DNA from: Mytilus trossulus
Taxonomy: Eukaryota
Length of the DNA stretch: 64,000 nucleotides
Assembly (NCBI RefSeq): GCF_036588685.1
Contig: NC_086376.1
Span: forward strand, 76,859,630-76,923,629
Direction of reading: 5' to 3'
A program made the translations under genes and the position numbers. Every line of letters begins with the position of its first letter. The stretch's first letter is position 1. The notes beneath the pieces were generated by a model. That model was not told where the DNA came from and did not search any database. It saw only the letters and a program-made list of their open reading frames with translations. Positions 25,301-36,635 of this stretch are shown in pieces.

Positions 25301-28300
25301 GGTCCTGAAAATCCTACGATGGGCTAGTGTGTAGTGATCAAATGTTACTGGCAGAGGAAGCCATGGGGTCTTGAAAATCCTACTATGGGCTAGTGTGTAG
25401 TGATCAAATATTACTTGCAGAGGAAGCCATAGGTTTCTGAAAATCCTACTATGGGCTAGTGTTTAATGATCAAATGTTACTGGGAGAGGAAGCCATAGGG
25501 TCCTGAAAATCCTACTATGGGCTAGTGTGTAGTGATCAAATGTTACTGGCAGAGGAAGCCATAGGGTCCTGAAAATCCTACTATGGGCTAGTGTGTAGTG
25601 ATCAAATGTTACTGGCAGAGGAAGCCATAGGGTCCTGAAAATCCTACTATGGGCTAGTGTGTAGTGATCAAATGTTACTGGCAGAGGAAGCCATGGGGTC
25701 TTGAAAATCCTACTATGGGCTAGTGTGTAGTGATCAAATATTACTTGCAGAGGAAGCCATAGGTTTCTGAAAATCCTACTATGGGCTAGTGTTTAATGAT
25801 CAAATGTTACTGGCAGAGGAAGCCATAGGGTCCTCAAAATCCTACTATGGGCTAGTGTGTAGTGATCAAATGTTACTGGCAGAGGAATCCATAGGGTCCT
25901 GAAAATCCTACTATGGGCTAGTGTGTAGTAATCAAATGTTACTGGCAGAGGAAGCCATGGGGTCCTGAAAATCCTACTATGGGCTAGTGTGTAGTCATCA
26001 AATGTTACTGTCAGAGGAAGCCATATGGGCCTGAAAATGCTACTATGGGCTAGCATGTAGTGATCAAATGTTACTGGCAGAGGAAGCCATAGGGTCCTGA
26101 AAATCCTGCTATGGGCTAGTGTGTAGTCATCAAATGTTACATGCAGAGAAAGCCATATGGGCCTGAAAATCCTACTATGGGCTAGTGTGTAGTCATCAAA
26201 TGTTACTGGCAGAGAAAGCCATATGGTTCTGAAAATCCTTCTATGTGCTTGTGTGTAGTGATCAAATGCTACTGGTAGAGAAAGCCATAAGGTCCTGAAA
26301 ATCCTACTATGAGCTAGCGTGTAGTGATCAAATGCTACTGGCAGAGGAAGCCATATGGGCCTGAAAATCCTACTATGGGCTAGCGTGTAGTCATCAAATG
26401 TTACTGGCAGAGGAAGCCATAGGGTCCTGAAAATCCTACTATGGGCTAGCGTGTAGTGATCAAATGTTACTGGCAGAGGAAGCCATACGGTCCTGAAAAT
26501 CCTACTATTGGCTAGCGTGTAGTGATCAAATGTTACTGGCAGAGAAAGCCATATGGTTCTGAAAATCCTACTATGGGCTAGTGTGTAGTGATCAAATGCT
26601 ACTGGCAGAGGAAGCCATAGGGTCCTGAAAATCCTACTATGGGCTAGTGTGTAGTGATCAAATGTTACTTGCAGAGGAAGCCATACGGTCCTGAAAATCC
26701 TACTATGGGCTAGCGTGTAGTGATCAAATGCTACTGGCAGAGGAAGCCATATGGGCCTGAAAATGCTACTATGGGCTAGCGTGTAGTCATCAAATGTTAC
26801 TGGCAGAGGAAGCCATAGGGTCCTGAAAATCCTACTATGGACTAGCGTGTAGTGATCAAATGTTACTGGCAGAGGAAGCCATAGGGTCCTGAAAATCCTA
26901 CTATGGGCTAGCGTGTAGTGATCAAATGTTACTGGCAGAGGAAGCCATACGGTCCTGAAAATCCTACTATTGGCTAGCGTGTAGTCATCAAATGTTACTG
27001 GCAGAGGAAGCCATAGGGTCCTGAAAATCCTGCTATGGGCTAGTGTGTAGTCATCAAATGTTACAGGCAGAGAAAGCCATATGGGCCTGAAAATCCTACT
27101 ATGGGCTAGTGTGTAGTCATCAAATGTTACTGGCAGAGAAAGCCATATGGTTCTGAAAATCCTACTATGTGCTTGTGTGTAGTGATCAAATGCTACTGGT
27201 AGAGAAAGCCATAAGGTCCTGAAAATCCTACTATGGGCTAGCGTGTAGTGATCAAATGCTACTGGCAGAGGAAGCCATATGGGCCTGAAAATCCTACTAT
27301 GGGCTAGCGTGTAGTCATCAAATGTTACTGGCAGAGGAAGCCATAGGGTCCTGAAAATCCTACTATGGGCTAGCGTGTAGTGATCAAATGTTACTGGCAG
27401 AGGAAGCCATACGGTCCTGAAAATCCTACTATTGGCTAGCGTGTAGTCATCAAATGTTACTGGCAGAGGAAGCCATAGGGTCCTGAAAATCCTACTATGG
27501 GCTAGCGTGTAGTGATCAAATGCTACTGGCAGAGGAAGCCATATGGGCCTGAAAATCCTACTATGGACTAGTGTGTAGTGATCAAATGTTACTGGCAGAG
27601 GAAGCCATAGGGTCCTGAAAATCCTACTATGGGCTTTTGTGTAGTGATCAAATATTACTGGCAGAGGAAGCCATAGGGTCCTGAAAATCCTACCAACCTG
27701 TGGCAGGAAAACTGACAAAGCTAATAAAAGTGCTGTTCCTTTTCTTTTTTTGTTGTGCATGTACTAAGTTTGTGTCATTTATGGATACCCCATATCCTCG
27801 GTTTTTCTGAAGCTAGCTATATAGTCAATTAGGTTTGACTGGTGCATGTCTCGAGTCTACAACCTCAGTGTTGACAGGCTTTTGGTACTGTAGTTACTAT
27901 ATACCACTCTGCCATCATGACCAATCTATCTTTAAGGAATAAACATAATTTTTTAAAAAAATCAAATTTTACAAAAGGCTTATAATTACACATTTATATG
28001 GTAAATAAAATCAAAAACCGGTGTCCACTGGTTTACTTTGTTAACTGTGAGCACAGTAACTTTTAACCTATCAATTGTTTGCCTTTTTCATATAACCTTG
28101 TTGCAGATGTCAGAGTTAAAAACTTGATTAATTTGTTTGTGCAACCTTGTAACTTTTTACTTGTTGCAGCTGTACATGTGTCAATACAATTATTTAACTT
28201 TCCTCTGGTAACATGTTGACATCCCCATCATAGTACAAATGAAACATGTATTTTTTATAAGATTTAGCTGCAAAACAAGTGCATGGACCCCTATGTTTAT

Positions 28301-30451
28301 GCCCCCCACTGTAGTGGAAGGGGCATTAAGTTTTACCCTTGTCTGTCTTTCTATCCATAGGTAAATTCTCAAGTCTGAAAGTTCTTTTCCATTCTCTTAC
28401 TTTAGTTTGCCTCAACAAAATGCTTTGAAACAAATGGAAAAATTGCTGAAAAAATTAAGTAACCCAACCAATTTCCTCTGCCATATTCAGCTGTGTTCAG
28501 CAGAGCAATTTGTTAAAAAATAAGAAAACCAGATTTTAAGTTTTTTTCAGCCTGTGTTATGTATTAAACTACTCTGAAAACATATATTGAAAGCATTTCA
28601 GAATACTGTAGATGTAAAATTTAATAGATTAGTGTCCTAACATTAAGATTTTATAAAGTATTCAATCCTGCCACTGTCCCCAGTCCACAACTTACTGTAT
28701 GCCCATTTGTTTTAAAATTAATTTGAGCAAATGTTTTTGGTACCAGATTAATCATATATCTAACAAAATATGGGTAATAGTTAAGCCAGAAGTGTTTAAA
28801 CATTTTTGCAACCAGTTTAATTAAAAAAAGTTTTATAGATCTGACTGTTTAAAACTTTCTTTTTTGTCAGTTCAAAGCAAGTTTATTGTTTTCATTTACA
28901 TTATAGCCATTTATGATAATAGAATGAAATTTGTTATTTCCACAAGTTCAAAGCATGGTTATGGTATGATTTCAGTACAAAAGACATTTATAATTATAAA
29001 ACCACTGCCTTAAAGGTTAAGGTGTCGGGCTATAACCCATGAGTTGGGGATTATTCTCTATTTTTTGCCCCTGGATCCTAAAAAAGTGCACATGCATCTG
29101 TTTCCTTTTAAAAAAGGTCTCAATATTATGCAGTCTTCTTTTTGTCTCTTGAATAACCTCGTGGCCAGTTTGTAATCAAAATTTAAATTTTTCATTGAAA
29201 AAAAAACATGGAACAGATGAATATTTAATTCTATATAAGTGGTTACAGGTGCAAAATACATTTTCTTGTTGATTTGTTTTGAAGACTGTTATTTTTGTTT
29301 GCAGGACATGTCATTGAAACAATTCAAGGTTTCGTTAAACCTTGCCACTGATCTATACTGAACCTTAAACAGCTGTGAAACAACATTGTTTGTGACCTTC
29401 TGCTGTTGTTTTTTTATTTGGTCGGGTTGTTGTCTCTTTGACACATTCCCCATTTCCATTCTCAATTTTATAAGTTTTTGCTTATCAATTTTTGGCGCTG
29501 AGCATTTTTGAGCAAATTTTGTAGGTTTCAATTTTATATGCCTGTTTACAGGTTTTATTATGGTATACTCTTGTCTGTCTGTTAGTCTGTGTGTCTGTCC
29601 ATCTTCAACATGTTGAACAATATGTCAAAAGCACTAAAACCAATCTGCATGAAATTTTGGTGAATTGTTTGTATCTATTGATGCGAGCTCCCTTTTGATT
29701 TTCATAAATTTTAGATTGTATGTTTTTTTATTCATTAAACATGTTAAAAGTAAGATGATTTTCCTGTTTTCTTACTATAACTTAGAAATTCTTTGTGTGA
29801 AATTTTCATGAAACTTTGGCGAATTGTTTACCTTTATTGACATAAGCTCCCTTTTGATTTTCTTATAGCCTATCACAATGCAAAATTGTTCTTGTAAGTT
29901 ATTATTTACTGTAAATTTACAAGTTATTGCAAGGTTTTTATAAATGGGAACAGTAATCAACTGTGTGACTGTGTGAGTATCTCAAAGGATAAGAATTCCC
30001 AATTGATATTTTAAACATACATCTGTTTAGAGATTTTTCTGATACATGTACATGTGTTGCAATAATTAATCTCACATTTTTGTCCATTATTTAAAAAAAA
30101 AAAACATTAATGAATACAAACAATAATTTCTGAATTTACAGAATTTGGGATCATAAAAGAAGCAAGTTTTCTTTCATAGGATAATTCATTCTATGATTAT
30201 TGTGTGGAAATTTTACATTTTCTAAGAGTCATATTTCTGTTTGTTTCAGGGTTGACAATAGAGATTATATTCCCCATGGCAAGCTGGTTGTGAGAAGTAT
30301 AAAGAAGAGTGAAGGATTACACGAGTTTCAGAAAAGATGGCGTCAGCATTTTGTTAATACAATGAAACCACAATATCTGCCAACAAATTGGTCTATTGAT
30401 CACAAACATGAAAGATTAGAAACATTTACTGATTTTGTTTTATCAAACTAG
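8980..30451 (+). CDS. EXD2: Exonuclease 3'-5' domain-containing protein 2; shared exons 8980-9034, 10595-10728, 11059-11216, 12284-12409, 12876-12987, 13420-13662, 14220-14367, 14700-14865, 15386-15583, 16209-16340, then last exon 22610-22802 (554 aa) or 30250-30451 (557 aa)
   Basis: All junctions are GT-AG and phase-consistent. N-terminal hydrophobic anchor (VIGTVLVGGLAAYLYL), DEDDy ExoI VLGLDCEW, LKVGV...DLR, ExoIII YAANDA, and C-terminal HNH-like region LYYNCYLLAPDG...CVVCG...VVPKEYR...HDILLLCMSCH...PHGKLVV...RWRxxF...WSIxH, all characteristic of EXD2. Confidence 0.93.
11870..12155. mobile_element. Short double-hairpin non-autonomous element in EXD2 intron 3
   Basis: TTATCGCTATTTT (11882) pairs with AAAATAGCGATAA (ending 12050); AGATTATCATTGGTCATCTCAAC (12053) pairs with GTTGAGATGATCAACGATAATCT (ending 12151). 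Confidence 0.5.
16748..17445. mobile_element. MITE nested in the older HINE
   Basis: TIRs CAGTCAGGGGCGTTACTTAAACA / TGTTTAAGTAATACCCCTGACTG; flanks duplicate TTTAA (or TTA if the termini are one base longer); host sequence resumes afterwards. Confidence 0.85.
18430..18898. mobile_element. MITE with a 4-bp AATA TSD nested in the older HINE
   Basis: Perfect 19-bp TIRs GGTGTCATACCACCAATTA / TAATTGGTGGTATGACACC; the empty site TGTGCAATAGCAAG is seen in the sister copy near 20538. Confidence 0.9.
19271..21222 (+). mobile_element. Complete non-autonomous Helentron-like (HINE) element
   Basis: 13-bp subterminal inverted repeats TTTATACGACCGC (19271) / GCGGTCGTATAAA (21187-21199), (GTC)n microsatellite, central tandem repeats, 3' hairpin GCTACGCCCTGCGGAGC, inserted in a T-run with no TSD. 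Confidence 0.85.
21328..21922. mobile_element. Degenerate MITE
   Basis: Imperfect TIRs TAACGT..GTACCCAAATT..CACCTATTT versus AAATAGGTGCAATTTGGGTAC..ACGTTA. Confidence 0.55.
22610..22802 (+). CDS. EXD2: EXD2 alternative last coding exon A (proximal)
   Basis: Acceptor actttctag|G in phase 2 matches the donor at 16340; encodes VDNKNYEPHGKLVVRYMEKNGGLHTFEKRWRTNFISTMKPQFLPKYWSIHHRHEQHKQLEVIE*; AATAAA at 23021 and 23222. Confidence 0.8.
23802..27693. repeat. 66-bp tandem satellite/minisatellite, about 59 copies
   Basis: Consensus ATGGGCTAGTGTGTAGTGATCAAATGTTACTGGCAGAGGAAGCCATAGGGTCCTGAAAATCCTACT; the register recurs exactly every 660 bp (24061, 24721, 25381, 26041, 26701, 27361), so there is no net indel. 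Confidence 0.98.
30250..30451 (+). CDS. EXD2: EXD2 alternative last coding exon B (distal)
   Basis: Acceptor ttgtttcag|G in phase 2; encodes VDNRDYIPHGKLVVRSIKKSEGLHEFQKRWRQHFVNTMKPQYLPTNWSIDHKHERLETFTDFVLSN*; AATAAA at 30520 and 30695. Confidence 0.85.
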
Positions 30452-30759
30452 TAATATATTGCTTCAATAGTCAGATGAGATGAAAATAAGCAAAAGGCTG
30501 TGATACCATTTTATATTGTAATAAAATGTAGGGTTCTAAAGAAAGATTTTGTTCTTATTGTTGTTATTGGTTTTTATAGGCATCTTACTTATATAGTAGT
30601 TATGACTTAAATTCATATGACTTAGATATGTTATACTTGTAAGGTGTACATACATTCATATTAAAGTTTAGGAAATGTGTCATTATACTAGAAAAATAAA
30701 AATTTATTTAATTTTAATCGTACAAAAGAAAGATAACTTGGTACCATGAAGCCATTTAA

Positions 30760-31562
30760 GGTCAAGGAACAGTAAATGGGCTATGTCACAGATTTTGCTA
30801 AAAAATTTGCATACAACCTTGGCTCGTTGAACTACAACTAAAAATCGAAAAAATAATACAAATATCTCTTTTATTATCTGAAAAATTGCAGATTGATTTC
30901 TTTTAATATGGGTGAATATTTGTATAGAAAGCACATAAAATCGGTGAAAAACCTTCTAAAATTTGTCTAAAAATCGCCAAATCTTTAATTCCACTCCATA
31001 GATATTTCTTAAAAAACTATATATTGTTGACACATAAATTTCTGTTTTAATGATATAAAATAATCAAAGGGTCACCGACTTCGTTTTTTGTCTAATAGTC
31101 AATTTGTTACCTTGTTGGTAGTGAAAACCGTCAAAAATCAATGTTTTACGGCCTGCAACGCGATAACGTTACGATTATTTTGACGTTTTGTTGGATTTTT
31201 TCACAAAGAACGCAACTTTAAATGAAGTATACGTTAAAACAAAGTCGGTGACCCTATCTTTATTTTGCATCATTATAACGAAAATTTATGTATCAACAAC
31301 ATATAGTTTTTTAAGAGAAATCTATGGAGTAGAATTAGAGATTTGGTGATTTTAAGACAAATTTTAGAAGGGTTTTCGCCGATTTAATGTGCTTTCTATA
31401 CAAATGTTCACCCATTTTGTAAGAATTCAATCAGTAATATTTCAAATGATAATTGAGGTAAATGCAATATTTTTTCGATTTTCAGTTGAAGTTCATCGAG
31501 CCAGAGTTGTATGCCAAATTTTACTGAAATCTGCGACATAGCCCATTTACTGTTCCTTGACC
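30760..31562. mobile_element. Foldback MITE with TTAA TSD (Kolobok-like termini)
   Basis: TTAA|GGTCAAGGAACAGTAAATGGGCTATGTC ... GACATAGCCCATTTACTGTTCCTTGACC|TTAA; inverted arms ~330 bp around a ~150-bp spacer. Confidence 0.88.
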
Positions 31563-32901
31563 TTAAGTGTCAAGCCACATTGACATTCTGTTTATTTTAA
31601 CAATTATTTAATCATCTTAGATATTTTTTTCATAAATTTTGTTTACAAAGTTGGTTTATATATAAAATTCAAAAAAAATACAAAAATATTTGTGTAGAAA
31701 TAAGGGTTTTTTATTCAAAGAAAATATCAGAAAATGAATTGTGACTTTATGTCCTGTGCCTTTTTTTCCGTGACTTTATGTCCTGTGACTTTCTGTCCTA
31801 CACTCTAATAGATTACCATGACTGTATCAGGCAAAACTTGTAGGAATTGCTGGTCATGAATGCTCTTCAACTTCACACTTTGTTGAGCCTTATTAACTTT
31901 TTCAATTTGAGCATCACTGATCATAGTGATGAGTCCGGTGCAAATACAAAACTTCCATCCTGGTGTCTTAGATAGTTAATCTAAAATTGTGAAGCTAACT
32001 GAATAACTTTAATTTGTTTCATAATTATTTCATTTCATTTGAGGTGACTAATAGATCCATTAGGCCGGGTGTATTAATATCTATCATTTATTACAGTTTA
32101 TTGTATGTTTATAATCTGTTCATATTTACACATGTCACTAAAATAAGCAATTTACTCTACCTATTTACAAATAATTATGAGTGGAAGGGGGTTAGCTGCA
32201 CTGTGTTAGATAACAGGATACCTTAAGTTATATAAAAAAAATCATACAGATATAGTAAGACTGGTTTAAATGGGATAAACTCAGCTGTGAATGATTATAA
32301 AGTGTTATTTAATATAAAACAAAGAAATGTATTCCTCTGTTGAAATATTTGCAACAAATGCTCTTTTTAAAGGTCCAATTCAGACCAATGAAAATATTTA
32401 TTGCAAGTCATAAAAAAAAAACCACATTCATGTACATGTAAATAAAGTATGTAAAAGCATGCATGTTAGATGAAAGGATACATGTAGTTAAAAAAAAAAA
32501 ATTATCATATAAATATTCTAAGACTGGTTTAAATGGGACAAAAACTGGTATTAATTAACATAGATATTGAAATTTTATATGACATTTAAAAGAAAATGAA
32601 AGAAAACTCACATATTTCACAAGTATCTAATCAAAAATATAAACGAGACAAGATGTGAATATCAATTAGGCAACGACCGATTTCACACACAAAAATAAAA
32701 TAAAAAAGCTGAATGTGCAATATGAAACAAAAGACAACTTTTCAAGTGCTTATAAAATAAATGTCAGATTCAGGTTCAAATGTAAATTATGTAGAAATGT
32801 TTTAAACAGTTTTCTTAGAGGACCATATAAGTTTTAATCATTTATTTCTGTCCCTTTACACATTATCCAATAGCAAATAATATGTTTAAATGAATGTTTG
32901 A

Positions 32902-33872
32902 ATTTGTATGCCCTACCTACAATAGTAGAGGAGCTAATGTTTTCTGGTCTGTGTGTCCGTCTGTTCTTCTGTCAGTTTGTCTGTCTGTCCCGCATCAGTT
33001 TTTGGTCAAGGTAGTTTTTGATGAAGTTGAACTTCAATCAACTTGAAACTTGGTACACATGTGCCCTATGATATGATCTTTTTAATTTTTATGCCAAATT
33101 AGAGTTTTGATCCCTATTTCACGGTTCATTGAACATATAAAATGATATGTGACGAGTGAACCAACACCTTCTAACGGAAAAGCTGGTAGAGTAACCAAGA
33201 TGGATACCGAAGTATGCTGCGGTTGTCTTAAAACCTCATGGAAATATAATTTGTAGAGACAACAACATCTGGGTTTCCGCAAGGTGATAGTTTTATTGAG
33301 TCCACATGTTTCGCCGCTAATGCGGCGTCATCAGGACAATATTACAGAGTTTACATGTTCATAAAGTGTATATAATGCGGTTGTATTAATTATGACGTAA
33401 AAGAATAAAAGTGAAAGTGAAAATGTAAAATAGTGTTCATAATGTAGCAAGAATAAAAGTTAAGTTTCTAGTGGTAATATTGTAGAAATGATGGAAGTGG
33501 CTCATAAAATGTCAGTACATTTCCAAATGGGACAACACCCCATTGGCCATCCCGTACCAATATAAACTATATAAAATGATAGTGCAAAATTCAGGTTAAA
33601 GTTTTTGGTCAAGGTATTTTTTGATGAAGTTGAAGTCCAATCAACTTCAAACTTAGTATACATGTTCTCTATGATATGATCTTTCTTATTTAAAGGCCAA
33701 ATTAGAGTATTTTTCCCAATTACTCAGTCCACTAAACATAGAAAATGATAGTGCAAGTAGGGCATCCGTCTACCTGGGACGCATTCTTGTTTACCCAATT
33801 TTACCGTCCATTGAACATGGAAAATGATAGTGTGAGTGGGCCATCCTAGTACTTTGGACTCATTCTTGTTTT
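32902..33872 (+). mobile_element. Short HINE-type element with internal tandem units (other HINE-like fragments near 22060-22175, 28295-28430, 29533-29880)
   Basis: TTTGTATGCCC head, (GTCT/GTCC)n microsatellite, repeated GGTCAAGGTA..TTTTGATGAAGTTGAA..ATGATATGATC unit, GGGCATCC..CATTCTTGTT tail. Confidence 0.65.
33148..33568 (-). mobile_element. 421-bp retrotransposed insertion (Penelope-like terminal fragment) with a 13-bp TSD
   Basis: ATATAAAATGATA at 33135-33147 and 33569-33581; removing the insert restores the host unit GAACAT..AAAATGATAGTGC; contains a hammerhead-like core on the minus strand. Confidence 0.75.
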
Positions 33873-36100
33873 TAGAAGTAATGAAATGTTCTAAAATCCA
33901 ACCTTTATAATTAATGCTCTAAAGATATACAAGCATACTGTGGATTCATTTATTTTTGTGGGTACAGTTTAGTGGAATACAGGATTGAGTAAAAATTTCA
34001 TTTTCTTGAATATTTGATTTCATGGTTAGGACAAGTCTGCATTCATGCTTGTAGAAAATACGAAAATTCGAATTTCAGTTCACATTGAAATTTGTGGTTA
34101 AATCTGCATTCCACAAAACAATAAACAGAAAACAGAAGGTTTTGACATGGGAAATATAGAGGAAATTAAAAAAACATAATGAGACAGATGCATATACAAA
34201 AATGTACCACTGAATCCCATGTATAAAACAGACACACACAAAATAAACTTTGGGCAACATGTTCTCTCACTTCAAAGTGCTTTGGAGGATAATTTTCTTT
34301 TGCATACCATACAGTCCACAAATCATATTTTGCGATGGTTAAAGCAACAATGGGTTAGAAAATAGTGAAAATATGACGTTTGTCTTGATGTGGTGTTATT
34401 GTCCATGAGATAACCCTGATTCTCTACTAGAGACTCAATGATGTAGAAATTAACTACAAAAAAAGTCCATAGGTCACCAATCAGTTCTGTTCATTACATA
34501 AACGGTCGTTTAAATATTTATTCGAGATGAAAACCCGAGACAAGATTGAAACTTTATAAATATTATTTTAAGTCCTCACATTAGAAGGCGAATAAATATA
34601 TCCATATTGTAATTGTTGACTTCACACAAAAACATGTTGACCTAAATACTTAAATTTCTTTCAAGTGGTCAAGATAATCCTAACAACTGTTCTAGTATAC
34701 TGTCGTCCGTTCGTTCATGGTCTAGTTAAAGTTGAAAGCTTCTTTGTCGCCATCATAATTATATTATTTTTCCTAAAATATATGCGTGTCACAGATTTTC
34801 ACAAATATATTCCTCTTGTTGCAGTAACATATCTGTACAATAATACAGTATTAAGTCCATGTTGTCCTCAATCTAGAGCATTAGGGTTCTCCCATGGATT
34901 TTGATTAGGTCACGAAACTCAATCATAAACTTTCTAACCAATCTTCTCCTTTGAAACTAATGGGACAAATTTACAAAAGAGTGTCGTCTTCCAAAGACGC
35001 TAGAATAGAAAAAAGAAAAGAAAATCCAAGTAAAGTACGAAGGTGTAGAGCAATGAGGACCAACATTACTACAAGTTATTAATATATTACCTCTGCTGAC
35101 TAGCTTCCCAGGATTCGAAACAAACTACCTAACAAACAGAAAAGTTATTAATCATTGACCACGGCTGACTAGCTTCCCTAGGTAACAAACACCTAGAAAA
35201 CAGAAACAATTCATGTTCAAAAATATCTCGACTAGTTTTCTCAGAAACTTAACAAACAGAAAGAAAAAAGAAAAACCAATTATTTTCAATTCTTATAAAT
35301 AAAAAAAAAAGATTCACTATCCATATATTAAGGTATCCATAAAATTTGAATCACGTTAATGGATAATCTTAAGAAGTTACTAAAAGTTAGTTCAAACCAC
35401 TTATTATAATAACTTATTAATTGTAGTTTACAAAGATGGATCCCGAGGTCTGGAGGTGTGGGGGCACGGGCCCCTTTTGTGGGAAAATTTGTTTGATAAT
35501 ATAGGGACTCACTGAAGCATGACTGCAGCGACCCCCTGTTATGACAGGCAGTATTCACCCTTTAGGAACATTTCTGGATCCGCCACCATGATATCAAATC
35601 CCGTCCAACACTCTAACTATAGCATATCGACTTCACTATATGTCTTTAAATGTGTATACATTTGTTTTTTTTTCTCATCTTTTATTCATTATTAATAAAC
35701 CCTTTGATAAGTAGACAACTGATCAAAGTTGATTTTTGATAAGTTAACTTAAAAAGAATTACACTTTTGCTTGACGATATGATATAATTTTTTGAGTAAA
35801 CGCCAAAGAGGCAGCCAACGGATAAGATAAATCAAAAGGAAGCTCAAGGTCAATATGCGGTTTTAAACAATTATTTGCATTTTTCTCAGCATATTTTCTG
35901 TATGAAAATAAAAACAAATCTCTTGATGCAAACCGCCTGTGTCTACAAGTGAGATGAGTTGGTAATTTTTTAGAGAAGACTTCAAGTGTTATAAATTGTA
36001 TAGATTTACATGAAAATTAATTCTTCTCCGAGTGTCTTCAAATAATTTAGGCACTGTATGTTTTACTGTCGGCTTTGGTGACCAGACATTTCAGGAGAAC

Positions 36101-36635
36101 AGACGTGTCAGTATTCACCTCAGAAACTAACAAAACCTTTAAATAGACTTATTAACAAGGGATATAGTTACGATACTGTTGTCAGGTCATTAAAGAATGC
36201 ATATTTTGGCGTTAATATTGATTCACTTATAGGTCTTTGCATCGGAAATAAACACATTTATTCAAAAACCAGTTGTTGGCATGACACGGGTTATGTTCTT
36301 CTCATATATATGTTATGATGGTATGATACTAAACCCCTAACGGCCGGAAGGACTGTGCCTGATGTTCATATGATGAAATCATAATCTTTCAGTCAGTTTA
36401 GTTCAAATCTGAAGCTGGCATGTCAGTTATCTGCTAGCAGTCTGTTGTTTTTTTTATGTATTATTGTCATATTGTTTATTTTCTTCTGACATCAGACTCG
36501 GATTTCTCTTGAACTGAATTTTAATGTGCGTATTGTTATGCGTTTACTTTTCTACATTGGCTAGAGATATAGCGGGGTTTTCTCTATGCTCGGGTTGTTG
36601 TCTCTTTGACACATTCCCCATTTCCATTCTCAATC
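36101..36635 (+). mobile_element. 5'-truncated retroelement remnant (degraded ORF end plus 3' tail); tail also at 61429-62030 and 29392-29470
   Basis: Degraded reading frame KPLNRLINKGYSYDTVVRSLKNAYFGVNIDSLIG followed by GCATGACACGG.TTATGTTCTTCTC...GACACATTCCCCATTTCC tail shared with 61429-62030. Confidence 0.6.

Noticed and set aside
23802-27693. CRISPR-like array or hammerhead-bearing satellite
   Set aside because: Units are contiguous with no unique spacers, there are no cas genes and the context is eukaryotic. The unit has CTGAAAA, not the CTGANGA/GAAA hammerhead core, on either strand.
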